A DNA stretch of 64,000 nucleotides from Bacilli bacterium (GCA_045628045.1 JAZQOV010000002.1:32001-96000); one strand, 5' to 3'. Counted from the stretch's first letter, positions 1 through 9,371 are shown. Program-made: numbers and translations. The notes: generated by a model not told the origin, from the sequence alone.

Positions 1-481
1 TTATGAAACTTATAATGAACTAATTTCTCATTTTTATGGTGTTTTAGATAAAAATATCCACGAAAACCGCGATTTTTATATTCCAAATTTATTATTTGAC
101 AATCATAAAATAGATTATTTTGTAGGTGGAATCGATTATTCTTATTTACATTTAAAAGATTATGAAAAGCACAAAGAAGAAAATTCCGACTATCTTTCTC
201 TAAAAGGAGTTTTTTATGAATTGAGAAATGATAGTGATTTAATAGTTACATTGGTATTTAAAAACTGCATTAATTTTGAAAAAGATAAAATCTATTGGAC
301 AGACGAAAAACTATATTACAATGGGACATACGAAAAAAATGCTCTAGTAAGTACTTCTAATTACCTTCTTTATGGAAGTGAACAAATCCTTTGCTTAAAA
401 TTTAATACTGAATCCGTTACTGAAGAAACTGTTGAGTTCTACAAGAATCAGATTTATTCTCAAATAGCCAACAATTTCTAA
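1..481 (+). CDS. Hypothetical protein, 5'-truncated by the window edge
   Basis: The frame of ORF 221..481 is open back to position 2 (YETYNELISHFYGVLDK...), so the TTG at 221 is internal. No recognisable motif. Confidence 0.7.
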   Translation, partial: YETYNELISHFYGVLDKNIHENRDFYIPNLLFDNHKIDYFVGGIDYSYLHLKDYEKHKEENSDYLSLKGVFYELRNDSDLIVTLVFKNCINFEKDKIYWTDEKLYYNGTYEKNALVSTSNYLLYGSEQILCLKFNTESVTEETVEFYKNQIYSQIANNF

Positions 482-516
482 AATAAAGGAGAACTTTCTC
501 TTTTCTTTAATTATAA

Positions 517-581
517 ATCGTACGAAATTTTTAAATTTATCGTACAAAATATTTGAAATTATCATACTTTTTCTTTATAAT
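517..581 (+). promoter_or_regulatory. sigma70-type promoter with three phased operator-like repeats for the Phd-PIN operon
   Basis: TTGAAA (553-558), 17 nt, TATAAT (576-581). ATCGTAC/ATCGTAC/ATCATAC at 517, 539, 561. GAGG at 588-591 precedes ATG 601. Confidence 0.7.
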
Positions 582-600
582 ATTTTTGAGGTATATAAAT

Positions 601-825
601 ATGTGCACAATTACAGCGACAGAACTAAAAGAAAATCTTGGTAAATATTTACTTAAAGCAACCAAAGAAGAAATTTTAATAACTAAAAATGGAAAGCCAT
701 TTATTAGACTTTGCAGTGTAAAATCTGAAACTTTAGATGATTTTTTCAAAGATATGGAAAACTTAATTAACCCAGATGACGTTGACTTAAAGGACCCTAA
801 AATTGCAGGGATGTTAGGTTTATAA
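601..825 (+). CDS. Phd/YefM family antitoxin
   Basis: ITATELKENLGKYL...EEILITKNGKP is the Phd/YefM N-terminal signature. Start moved to ATG 601 (SD upstream). Stop overlaps the toxin start (TAATG). Confidence 0.9.
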   Translation: MCTITATELKENLGKYLLKATKEEILITKNGKPFIRLCSVKSETLDDFFKDMENLINPDDVDLKDPKIAGMLGL

Positions 826-1226
826 TGAGATTGCTATTAGATACAAATATTATTTTAGATTTGATTTATACTAGAAAAGAATCAAGCAAAGATGTTTTTA
901 GAGTTGCCAAAAATAATTTAGACGAAATTTACATTTGTTCGTATACCTTAAAAGATATTGCATATTTTCTCAAGAAGACAATGCATGACAATAACAAAGT
1001 AAATAATGCTCTTATCAAAATATATTCAAATATTTCTAAAATTGTGGGAGTAAACTCTGATGATGCTATTGAAGCATTATACTTAGATGGAGATTATGAA
1101 GATAATGTTATGATAGAAGTGTCAAAAACAGCAATGTGTGATGCAATAATCACAAACAATAAAAAGCACTTTATTAATAAAGAGGTTGTAATCTTAACTC
1201 CAGAAGAATATTTAAAGGTGCGTTAA
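825..1226 (+). CDS. PIN-domain (VapC-like) toxin
   Basis: LLDTNIILD N-terminus, DYED and IITNNKKHF acidic PIN motifs; coupled to the upstream antitoxin. Confidence 0.9.
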   Translation: MRLLLDTNIILDLIYTRKESSKDVFRVAKNNLDEIYICSYTLKDIAYFLKKTMHDNNKVNNALIKIYSNISKIVGVNSDDAIEALYLDGDYEDNVMIEVSKTAMCDAIITNNKKHFINKEVVILTPEEYLKVR

Positions 1227-1276
1227 TGAGATTAGATAAGTATTTAGCAAATTCAGGAGTTGGTTCACGCTTAGAA
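1226..1276 (+). pseudogene. Duplicated 5' fragment of rsuA
   Basis: Encodes MRLDKYLANSGVGSR vs MRLDKYLANSGIGSR at 2227; 38 of the first 41 nt identical; similarity ends after about 17 codons. Confidence 0.85.
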
Positions 1277-1301
1277 ACAAATAATTTAAAATATGCAGAA
1301 C

Positions 1302-1332
1302 AAAGGGGAACTTTGGTTCCTCTTTCCTTTTT
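1302..1332 (+). terminator. Intrinsic terminator-like hairpin
   Basis: AAAGGGGAAC-TTTG-GTTCCTCTTT followed by CCTTTTT. Confidence 0.6.
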
Positions 1333-1339
1333 AAAAAAG

Positions 1340-1372
1340 TGTATGGACAAATGTATGGACATTTTTTATAAT
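1340..1372 (+). promoter_or_regulatory. Promoter with tandem operator repeat for the MNT-HEPN operon
   Basis: TGGACA (1344-1349), 17 nt, TATAAT (1367-1372). Direct repeat TGTATGGACA at 1340 and 1352 overlaps the -35. Confidence 0.7.
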
Positions 1373-1389
1373 TTAACTGAGGAAAAATT

Positions 1390-1884
1390 ATGGAAAGAGA
1401 TTCAAAGTTTATGTTTAGAATTAATTCTGAACTTAAAAAGACTGTTTCAGATATGCTGGAAAAAGAAGGATACACGTTTAGCGATTTTTTAAATGCTGCC
1501 TGTATGGACTTAGCAAAAAGAAAATTTATTCCAATATACATTAGAGGTAATCTACCTAACCATTACGCAAAACAATCTGAAATTACTATTGCACTAATTA
1601 AAAAGGCTTTAGAATGTGCAATAAAAAAATATGGAAAAGGGAAAGTAAAAAAAGGCTATCTTTTTGGATCCGTTTCTAGAGGAGAACAAAAAGCAAACTC
1701 AGATATTGATTTAAGATTAGAATTAGACAAAGGGCTCACTTTGACAGATTTAGAAAATATGAGGATTGATATTTCTTCTTCGACAGGAAAAGAAATAGAT
1801 ATGATTACAGCACCTATCAGCGATTTAGATCCAACTTTTTATCAAATAATTAAAAAAGACGAGATATGCATTTATGAAAGATAG
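1390..1884 (+). CDS. Minimal nucleotidyltransferase (MNT) antitoxin with N-terminal RelB/DinJ-like RHH domain
   Basis: GS-x10-DID motif (LFGSVSRGEQKANSDID). N-terminal FMFRINSELKKTVSDMLEKEGYTFSDFLN resembles a ribbon-helix-helix. Confidence 0.85.
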   Translation: MERDSKFMFRINSELKKTVSDMLEKEGYTFSDFLNAACMDLAKRKFIPIYIRGNLPNHYAKQSEITIALIKKALECAIKKYGKGKVKKGYLFGSVSRGEQKANSDIDLRLELDKGLTLTDLENMRIDISSSTGKEIDMITAPISDLDPTFYQIIKKDEICIYER

Positions 1885-2203
1885 AGACGGATTACTAGTA
1901 ACGCTTATTAATAATCATTACAAAGAGCTTTTAGATGAACTCGAATCAATTCGCGATAATTATGAAGAATATTGTAATAATTCGATTGTACGAAAAGCTA
2001 TTTGGCTAGATGTAATGCAAATTGGAGAGAATGTTAATCAATTAACAGATCAATTTGCAGAAAAGATAAATTTAAACGATTTGAAAGGCATCATTTCGAT
2101 AAGAAATTTTATTGTTCATGGTTATGTTTATACTGATAAAGATGTTATTTGGAACACAATACATGAAGATTTACCAAAATTAATTCGAAAAATTAATAAA
2201 TAG
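1874..2203 (+). CDS. HEPN (DUF86/HepT-like) toxin
   Basis: QIGE...RNFIVHGY (R-x4-H-x-Y)...IWNTI; overlaps the MNT gene by 11 nt. Confidence 0.9.
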   Translation: MKDRDGLLVTLINNHYKELLDELESIRDNYEEYCNNSIVRKAIWLDVMQIGENVNQLTDQFAEKINLNDLKGIISIRNFIVHGYVYTDKDVIWNTIHEDLPKLIRKINK

Positions 2204-2226
2204 AGATTAACAATAGAAATTGTAAA

Positions 2227-2925
2227 ATGAGATTAGATAAATATTTAGCAAATTCTGGAATTGGTTCTAGAAGCGAAGTTAAACGCTTTATTAAAGATAA
2301 ATTAGTCAAAGTAAATGGCGAAGTTATTAAAAGCGAATCTTTTAACGTTGATGAGAATAAAGATATAGTCCTCTTTAATGAAAAAGAGGTCAAATACCAA
2401 GAGTTTTATTATTTTGTGTTAAATAAGCCGACTGGCTATGTTTCCGCGGTTATAGATAACGTTTATCCTCCAGTTATGGATTTACTTCCAGAATATTCAT
2501 TCGTAGATTTATTTCCGGTTGGAAGATTAGATGTTGATACAACAGGCACGTTATTAATCACAAATGATGGTGATCTTACTCACAAATTACTTAGCCCAAA
2601 GTATCATGTTGATAAAACCTACTTTGTAGAAGTTGATAAAAAATTAGATAAAACCTTGGTAGGTAAATTTAAACAAGGCATTTTACTTGATGGTGAACTT
2701 ACTTTGCCTGCAGATTTGCTTATTTTGTCTGATACAACATGTGAACTCACAATTCATCAGGGTAAATTTCATCAAGTTAAGCGCATGTTTAAGAAATTTG
2801 GATATGAAGTTACTAAACTTGATCGAAAATCATTCGCTTTCCTTAATCATGAAGACCTTGAATTAGGTAAATATAGAGAGTTAACTCAAGACGAAATAAA
2901 CAAGCTTAAAGAATTTGTGAAATAA
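2227..2925 (+). CDS. rsuA: rRNA pseudouridine synthase, RsuA family
   Basis: S4 domain MRLDKYL, NKP.GYVS, PVGRLDVDTTG catalytic motif, GKFHQVKRMF. Confidence 0.9.
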   Translation: MRLDKYLANSGIGSRSEVKRFIKDKLVKVNGEVIKSESFNVDENKDIVLFNEKEVKYQEFYYFVLNKPTGYVSAVIDNVYPPVMDLLPEYSFVDLFPVGRLDVDTTGTLLITNDGDLTHKLLSPKYHVDKTYFVEVDKKLDKTLVGKFKQGILLDGELTLPADLLILSDTTCELTIHQGKFHQVKRMFKKFGYEVTKLDRKSFAFLNHEDLELGKYRELTQDEINKLKEFVK

Positions 2926-2963
2926 TTTATTGAAATTTGAAATAATTTATTTAATATAAAGTT

Positions 2964-4640
2964 ATGGCAATAAATGATTTATTAGAACCAGAACTACTTT
3001 ATACTAGTGAGTTAAAACAAAAACATAACGATAATGTCGTTAGTTATTTTGATAATCTTGTGAAAATTTCTGGTGTCGATCCAGAAGAAAATAAAAAGAC
3101 ATGCAAAGCATATTATGATGCTTGTGCAGATTTAGAAAAGCTCAATAAGAAATCAAGGAATCTTAATCTTCTTAAAGTATTATTTATAATTCTTTGTTTC
3201 GTAATTGTGGGTATTTTCTTACTTATTTTCGTATATAAACCAAAAAGAAAAGCATTAGATGAGAAAATTAAAGAACAGCAAAATCTTGTGAATTCTTTGC
3301 TCGCAAAGGCAAATCAAGAGATGGCTCCTCTTAATGCATTATTTGAGTCTTCAATTCCATCAAAGATTATGGAGACAACAACTCCACTTATTGATATGGA
3401 TCGTATTTTCGATGTTAAGAAATACGAAGTTTTACGTGACAAATATGGAATGTGGGATAACTCAGATGAAGATTCATCTACTTTAGATTTACAATCCGGA
3501 AATATCCTCGGTAATCCTTTCGTTGTTTTTAAAGAATTAAATAAGAAAATGATGATGGAACGTTACGAAGGAACTCTTAGCATTTCTTACTATGTAGGTT
3601 CAGGCCAAAATAGAAGATTAATGGTTGAGACATTACACGCTTTTGTTGAAAAACCAAAACCAGTTTATAGTACAAACACCTACTTGCTTTATGGTAATGA
3701 TGCAGCACCAAATTTAACATTCTCTAGAAATGCTTCAGAGATTAATAAACTAGATGAAAAAGGTATTGAAAAATACGTAAGACATCATGAGAAAGATTTG
3801 GAAAAAATGGCGGAAAAAGCCACGAAAAAGGGTGGAAATTACACTCCTTTAGGAAATTCTGAGTTTGAATTATTCTTTGGTGGATTAGATAGAAATAATG
3901 AAATCGAGTATCGACTTTTGTTCACTCCGCTTGCACAAAAATCGATGCTTCAAATTCTCAAATCAAAAGTCGGATTTGGTGATGACTTTAGATTTGTGAA
4001 AGATAAAGGTCTTAACCTTATCACAAGCACTCACTCACAAGGAGATGTCTTGTTCGTAAATGCTAGTGATTTTATGGGTTTTGATTTTGAAAAAGTTAAA
4101 GAGTTCTTTATTACATTCAATAACAATTATTTCAAAGCTTTGTTCTTTGACTTTGCACCTTTACTTGCAATTCCTTTATATCAACAACATAAATCACAAG
4201 AATACATTTATAAAAATAATGTTGGCTCAAACTTTAACTGTTTTGAACACGAAGTTGTCGCAAATAGGTTTGATATTTCAAGATTTAAACCGAAAAATGC
4301 GGGAACAAATGTGATTTTGAAAACTTCTGTAGTTTCAAAAGAAAAAGAAAGTGATATTGTTAATGTTAGTGCACATGCATTTGAAAAGTTTTCACGCACT
4401 GACTATGTTCCAAAACTAGGTGGTGATGGAAAGATGCATAGCGTACCTGTGCATTGGGTTGAATACGTCCCTGTCTCACGTGATGAACAAATTCGTATTT
4501 CTGACCTTGGACTTGATGATGAAGTTAAGTTCAATAAATACGGTCAAAGAGATGTTATTTACGCTAAAGGCCTTGTCTCTATAGAGAAGGACATTAACGT
4601 GGATATAGAAAAAATTAAGTCTTTTATGAAAAAAGACTAG
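2964..4640 (+). CDS. Conserved hypothetical membrane-anchored protein, LemA-associated
   Basis: 558 aa ORF with one N-proximal TM segment flanked by coiled coils; 13 nt upstream of lemA. Confidence 0.75.
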   Translation: MAINDLLEPELLYTSELKQKHNDNVVSYFDNLVKISGVDPEENKKTCKAYYDACADLEKLNKKSRNLNLLKVLFIILCFVIVGIFLLIFVYKPKRKALDEKIKEQQNLVNSLLAKANQEMAPLNALFESSIPSKIMETTTPLIDMDRIFDVKKYEVLRDKYGMWDNSDEDSSTLDLQSGNILGNPFVVFKELNKKMMMERYEGTLSISYYVGSGQNRRLMVETLHAFVEKPKPVYSTNTYLLYGNDAAPNLTFSRNASEINKLDEKGIEKYVRHHEKDLEKMAEKATKKGGNYTPLGNSEFELFFGGLDRNNEIEYRLLFTPLAQKSMLQILKSKVGFGDDFRFVKDKGLNLITSTHSQGDVLFVNASDFMGFDFEKVKEFFITFNNNYFKALFFDFAPLLAIPLYQQHKSQEYIYKNNVGSNFNCFEHEVVANRFDISRFKPKNAGTNVILKTSVVSKEKESDIVNVSAHAFEKFSRTDYVPKLGGDGKMHSVPVHWVEYVPVSRDEQIRISDLGLDDEVKFNKYGQRDVIYAKGLVSIEKDINVDIEKIKSFMKKD

Positions 4641-4653
4641 AAGGAGAAAAACT

Positions 4654-5310
4654 ATGGCTAATGAATTAGACGAAATGACAGGCCCAGTTAACGAAGAAGG
4701 TAAAGAAGCTGGCGTCATCAACAAACAACTCCCAATTAAAGTTGGAGCAGGATCAAAAGTATTCGAAGTATTACTTTGGGTTTTAGGTATCATTCCAGGT
4801 GTTATTTTCTTATTTAAGAAAATCTCTGCTGGTAAATATCTTTCACAACTTCAACAAAAGATTCAACAAGCAGCCTCACAAATTGATAACTATATGGAAC
4901 AAAGAGTTGTCATTCTTCAAAACGCTGCAAAACTCGTTGAAAAGGGAATTGATTTAGATAAATCAACATTTACTGAAATTGCTAAAATGAGAAGCGGTGG
5001 ATCAGAAACATTCACTGAACAAAATAGAGCAATTGAAGAAGTTGCAAAGAAGATTAATGTTGCAGTAGAAGCTTATCCAGATCTTAAAGCTCACCAAGAA
5101 CTTGAAGATGCAATGCAACAAAATAGTTACACTCAAAGAGAAATTACAGCAGCACGTGAACACTATAACGATGTTGTTAATCAATGGAACGCAGCTGTTT
5201 ATGAGTGGCCAACAAAACAAATCGTTGCAGCAAAACGTGGATACACAACCCGTGTTCCATTCACTGCTTCTAAAGAAGTTAAGGATAAAGCAAGAAGCGT
5301 TATTTTCTAA
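4654..5310 (+). CDS. lemA: LemA family protein
   Basis: TM helix then VEAYPDLKA...ITAAREHYNDVVNQWN motifs; AAGGAG SD. Confidence 0.9.
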   Translation: MANELDEMTGPVNEEGKEAGVINKQLPIKVGAGSKVFEVLLWVLGIIPGVIFLFKKISAGKYLSQLQQKIQQAASQIDNYMEQRVVILQNAAKLVEKGIDLDKSTFTEIAKMRSGGSETFTEQNRAIEEVAKKINVAVEAYPDLKAHQELEDAMQQNSYTQREITAAREHYNDVVNQWNAAVYEWPTKQIVAAKRGYTTRVPFTASKEVKDKARSVIF

Positions 5311-5315
5311 TTTTT

Positions 5316-6218
5316 ATGCAGTTAGTTATTATGGCTGCCGGAATGGGTTCACGTTTCGGTGGATTAAAACAAATTGAACCAATGGATGAAGCTGGTAACT
5401 TCCTTTTAGACTATTCAATCTATGATGCTAAAAGAGCAGGGTTCTCTTCAGTTGTGTTCATAATTAAAAAGGAATTCGAAGAAATATTCAGGAATTCCAT
5501 AGGAAAACGTGTCGAAAAACTTATTAAAGTTGATTATGCGTTCCAAGATTTAAACGATCTTCCTGAAGGCTTTAAATGCCCAGAAGGTAGAGAAAAACCT
5601 TGGGGCACTGCACACGCAATCTATGCCGCAAGAAATCTTATTCATGAAGACTTCATCATTATTAATGGTGATGACTTTTATGGAAGAGATGCCTTTATGG
5701 TCGCAGCAAACTACATTAATTCTCTTCCTAAAGGAAGCGAAGGTAAATACGCAAACGTTGTCTTTAATGTCGCAAATACAATGACAGAAAATGGCTCCGT
5801 TAAACGTGGTGTTTGCTTTGCAACTAGCTCAGGTGAACTTGATAAACTTGTAGAATCACAAATTTCACGTAATGCAAAAGGTGAAATCGAATGTGTTCCA
5901 CTTGAGGGCGGAGAAATGTTTATTGCCGCAGAAGACCAACCTGTTTCAATGAACTTATTTGTTTTTAACAAAGACCTCATTTCCCACCTTATTAAGAAAT
6001 TCCCACTTTGGCTTAAAGAACATGGTAAAGAATTAAAATCCGAATTCTTAATTCCAACAGTGGTAGATGAACTTGTTCATGAAGGCAAAGCAAGTCTTAG
6101 ACTTCTTCCTACAAGTTCAAAATGGTTTGGAGTTACTTATAAGGAAGATAAACCAGACGTTGTTAAAGCTCTTAAATCCTTAGTGGACAAAGGCGAATAT
6201 AAAGTCGGTTTATATTAA
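5316..6218 (+). CDS. Sugar-phosphate nucleotidyltransferase family protein
   Basis: VIMAAGMGSRFGGLKQ, KPWGTAHA, INGDDFYG, WFGVTYKED. Confidence 0.85.
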   Translation: MQLVIMAAGMGSRFGGLKQIEPMDEAGNFLLDYSIYDAKRAGFSSVVFIIKKEFEEIFRNSIGKRVEKLIKVDYAFQDLNDLPEGFKCPEGREKPWGTAHAIYAARNLIHEDFIIINGDDFYGRDAFMVAANYINSLPKGSEGKYANVVFNVANTMTENGSVKRGVCFATSSGELDKLVESQISRNAKGEIECVPLEGGEMFIAAEDQPVSMNLFVFNKDLISHLIKKFPLWLKEHGKELKSEFLIPTVVDELVHEGKASLRLLPTSSKWFGVTYKEDKPDVVKALKSLVDKGEYKVGLY

Positions 6219-6235
6219 AAACAAAAATCAAAAAT

Positions 6236-6263
6236 AAGTGGTTAGATTATTCTAGCCACTTTT
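6236..6263 (+). terminator. Intrinsic terminator
   Basis: AAGTGGTTAGA...TCTAGCCACTT followed by a T-rich tract. Confidence 0.65.
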
Positions 6264-6294
6264 ATTTTTTATTAATTAACGTATAATTACAGCG

Positions 6295-7980
6295 ATGGAA
6301 AAATTAGTTAAAAACGAATATCAAAATTGGGTTAAGTTTGCAAAAGATGACAAAGATCTTGTAAAAGAACTTAACGAAATGTCTAAAAATGAAGACGCCA
6401 TAAATGACGCCTTTTATAGAGAACTTTCCTTTGGAACCGCAGGACTTAGAGGAGTTATTGGTGCTGGCACAAATAGAATGAATATTTACATTGTCAGAAG
6501 AACTTCTCAAGGACTCGCGAACTATGTTTTAAAACATTTCAAAGGTAAGAAAAGAGCAATTGCAATTAGCCATGATTCACGTATTAAAAGTGATTTATTT
6601 GCTAAGGCAAGTGCAGAAGTTTTTGCAGCAAACGGAATTAAAGTCTTTATTTATAAAGAATTAATGCCTACACCATGTTTATCTTACGCTGTTAGAGAAC
6701 TTAAATGCGGTGCTGGTGTCATGGTTACTGCATCTCATAACCCATCAAAATATAATGGCTACAAAGTTTATAATGAAGATGGCTGCCAAATCACAGAAGT
6801 AGCAGCAGAAGAAATTCAAAATGAAATCAAGAAAATTGATCCATTTAAGGATGTAAAACTTCTTTCGTTCGAAGAAGGATTAAAGTCAAAACGAATTTCT
6901 TTTATCAAAGGTAAACTTGTCACAAAATTCATTAACCGCGTCAAAAAAGAATCTGTTCTTGGAAAAACAAAAGTTAATAAAGACGTTAAGATTATTTACA
7001 CACCACTTCATGGAACAGGTTTAAAACCAGTAACAAGAATTTTGGAAGAATCTGGCTTTAATAACGTCATTTTAGTTAAAGAACAAGCTCTTCCTGATGG
7101 AGAATTCACTACCTGCCCATTCCCAAATCCTGAACTTCATGAAGCTATGGCACTTGGAATGGAATACGCAAAAAGAGAAAATGCTGAGCTTCTTTTAGCA
7201 ACTGATCCAGACGCCGATAGAGTTGGAATTGCCGTTAAAAACGGCAAGGATTTCCAAATTTTAAGCGGAAATCAAACCGGAATTTTGCTTTTAAATTTTA
7301 TTTGTGAACTCAGAAAAGAAAATAAAAAGATGCCCAAGAATGCTTATGCTGTTAAATCTTTAGTGAGCACAGCTTTAGCAGATAAAATCGCAAAATATCA
7401 CAAAGTAAAAATGCATTCTGTTTTAACAGGATTTAAATACATTGGTGAATTAATTAAAACAAACGAAGGAAAGAATCACGCTAAATACATTTTTGGTTTT
7501 GAAGAATCATGTGGTTATCTTTCTGGAGGCTATGTAAGAGATAAGGATGCTGTTAATGCTTCCTTCTTAATTGCAGAAATGTTTGCATATTACAAAACTA
7601 AAGGAATTTCTCTTTTAGAGAAACTTGAAAGCCTTTATAAGAAATTTGGTTATTATTTAGACAAGGTTGAATCGTTCTATTTTGAGGGTCAATCTGGCTT
7701 CGCAAAAATGAGTGAAATCATGAAATCATTTAGAAAAGATGTTTCCTCAATTGCAGGGTTCAAAGTTTCAAAAATTATTGATTATCAAAAAGGAGTTAAT
7801 GGACTTCCAAAAGCTGACATTATTGAGTTTAAACTTGAGAATGGATCTAATGTAATTATTCGTCCTTCTGGCACGGAACCAAAGCTTAAGCTTTATTGTT
7901 CAATTACGGCCCCAAGCATGAATAAGGCTGTTAAAATTTACGATCAAATATTTAAAGAACTAAGTGTTAAATTTAAATAG
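6295..7980 (+). CDS. pgm: Phosphoglucomutase/phosphomannomutase
   Basis: FGTAGLRG, TASHNP, DPDADR, FEESCG, RPSGTEPKLK. Confidence 0.92.
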   Translation: MEKLVKNEYQNWVKFAKDDKDLVKELNEMSKNEDAINDAFYRELSFGTAGLRGVIGAGTNRMNIYIVRRTSQGLANYVLKHFKGKKRAIAISHDSRIKSDLFAKASAEVFAANGIKVFIYKELMPTPCLSYAVRELKCGAGVMVTASHNPSKYNGYKVYNEDGCQITEVAAEEIQNEIKKIDPFKDVKLLSFEEGLKSKRISFIKGKLVTKFINRVKKESVLGKTKVNKDVKIIYTPLHGTGLKPVTRILEESGFNNVILVKEQALPDGEFTTCPFPNPELHEAMALGMEYAKRENAELLLATDPDADRVGIAVKNGKDFQILSGNQTGILLLNFICELRKENKKMPKNAYAVKSLVSTALADKIAKYHKVKMHSVLTGFKYIGELIKTNEGKNHAKYIFGFEESCGYLSGGYVRDKDAVNASFLIAEMFAYYKTKGISLLEKLESLYKKFGYYLDKVESFYFEGQSGFAKMSEIMKSFRKDVSSIAGFKVSKIIDYQKGVNGLPKADIIEFKLENGSNVIIRPSGTEPKLKLYCSITAPSMNKAVKIYDQIFKELSVKFK

Positions 7981-7992
7981 AAAATGAAAAAT

Positions 7993-8015
7993 TGCCGGAA
8001 AATCCGGCATTTTTT
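7993..8015 (+). terminator. Intrinsic terminator
   Basis: TGCCGGA-AAA-TCCGGCA followed by T6. Confidence 0.75.
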
Positions 8016-8140
8016 ATATGAATTTTCGGATTTTTTACTTTTTGAAGTACAAAAATCTTATAATGGTTCTCGATAATTTTTCCGATAATCTTTATTTTTT
8101 AAGATTATCTAAGTAAAATATACTCGAAAGGATTTTTCAT

Positions 8141-9370
8141 ATGGATTCAAAATATGTAAAAGAAGAATGTGGTTTTTCGTCATTAACGGTGACTGAAGAA
8201 GCATCACGTTGCTTACTCTGTCATGACGCACCATGTTCAAAAGCTTGTCCAGCTGGAACCAGCCCGGACAAATTTATTCGTTCAGTTAGATTCCGTAATT
8301 TCAAAGGTGCTGCCGAAACCATTCGTATTAATAACGTTTTAGGTTCAATTTGTGCACGTGTTTGTCCAACGGAAAAATACTGTCAAAAAGGTTGTTCACG
8401 TAGTGGCATTGATCGCCCAATCGATATTGGTCGTATTCAACGCTATGTTACAGACTTCGAAGAAGCTGCAGGAATGAAGATTCTTGAAAAGGCAAAAGCT
8501 AATGGTAAATCCGTTGGGGTTGTCGGTTCAGGCCCATCTGCACTTCAAGCAGCAGCATCCCTTGCATTAATGGGATACGCTGTTGAAGTTTATGAAAAGG
8601 AAAAAGTTCTAGGCGGTATGCTTAGATACATTCCAGAATACCGTTTACCAAATCACATTGTTGATACCGAAATTAAACGTATCGAAGGTTTGGGAGTTAA
8701 ATTCCACACCGGAGTTGAAGTTGGTAAAAAGGTTTCAATGGAAGATCTCAAGAAGAAACATGGTGCTGTACTTTTAGCACCAGGTTATTCTTATGGTAAA
8801 TCTCTTCCAATGTTTGAAGGCAACAAGAAAGTTGTCTTAGCTGTTGATTTCTTAAAAGAAGTTAAGGCAAAAGCAGGCAAAGTCAAAGTCCCAGCAAACG
8901 TTTTAGTTGTTGGTGGTGGTGACGTTGCAATGGACGTTGTTACAACTCTTAAACTTTTAGGTGTTGAAAACGTTACTGATGTTGTTTACGAAGAATTCAA
9001 AGAATTCCGCGCAAGTAAGAAAGAACTCGAAGGAGCACAAAAACTTGGTGTTACCATCATCGATGGTTACAAGCCAGTTGCTGCAAAAGAAGGTAAAGTT
9101 TCATTTGAACACCGCGTTATTAAAGCAAAGGTTGAAGTTGAAGCCGATTTAATTATTCTCGCAGTTGGTCAAATGCCAGTTGTTGAAGGCCTTGGCATTG
9201 AACTTGTCAAAGGCGAAGTTAACGAAGGCAAACCATACGTTACCAAAGACAAAAAAGTCTTTGTCGCTGGTGATATCGCACATACAAACTTTGATAAAAC
9301 AGTCGTTGGTGGTGTTCGTACTGGTAAAGAAGCTGCTTTCTATATCGATGCAGCATTAGGAGGTAAATAA
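8141..9370 (+). CDS. preT: Dihydropyrimidine dehydrogenase subunit PreT
   Basis: [15 protein letters not shown] Fe-S motif, CARVCP, GSGPS and GGGDVAMD nucleotide-binding motifs; adjacent to preA. Confidence 0.88.
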   Translation: MDSKYVKEECGFSSLTVTEEASRCLLCHDAPCSKACPAGTSPDKFIRSVRFRNFKGAAETIRINNVLGSICARVCPTEKYCQKGCSRSGIDRPIDIGRIQRYVTDFEEAAGMKILEKAKANGKSVGVVGSGPSALQAAASLALMGYAVEVYEKEKVLGGMLRYIPEYRLPNHIVDTEIKRIEGLGVKFHTGVEVGKKVSMEDLKKKHGAVLLAPGYSYGKSLPMFEGNKKVVLAVDFLKEVKAKAGKVKVPANVLVVGGGDVAMDVVTTLKLLGVENVTDVVYEEFKEFRASKKELEGAQKLGVTIIDGYKPVAAKEGKVSFEHRVIKAKVEVEADLIILAVGQMPVVEGLGIELVKGEVNEGKPYVTKDKKVFVAGDIAHTNFDKTVVGGVRTGKEAAFYIDAALGGK

Positions 9371-9371
9371 A

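Noticed and set aside
553-600. TTG-start extension of the antitoxin
   Set aside because: It covers the -35/-10 promoter; the SD and family homology support ATG 601.
1226-1492. 88-aa ORF starting MRLDKYLANSG
   Set aside because: Only about 17 codons match rsuA; the rest reads through a terminator and promoter and out of frame into the MNT gene.
8021-8035. CodY-box-like AATTTTCGGATTTTT upstream of preT
   Set aside because: Four mismatches to the consensus in AT-rich DNA.
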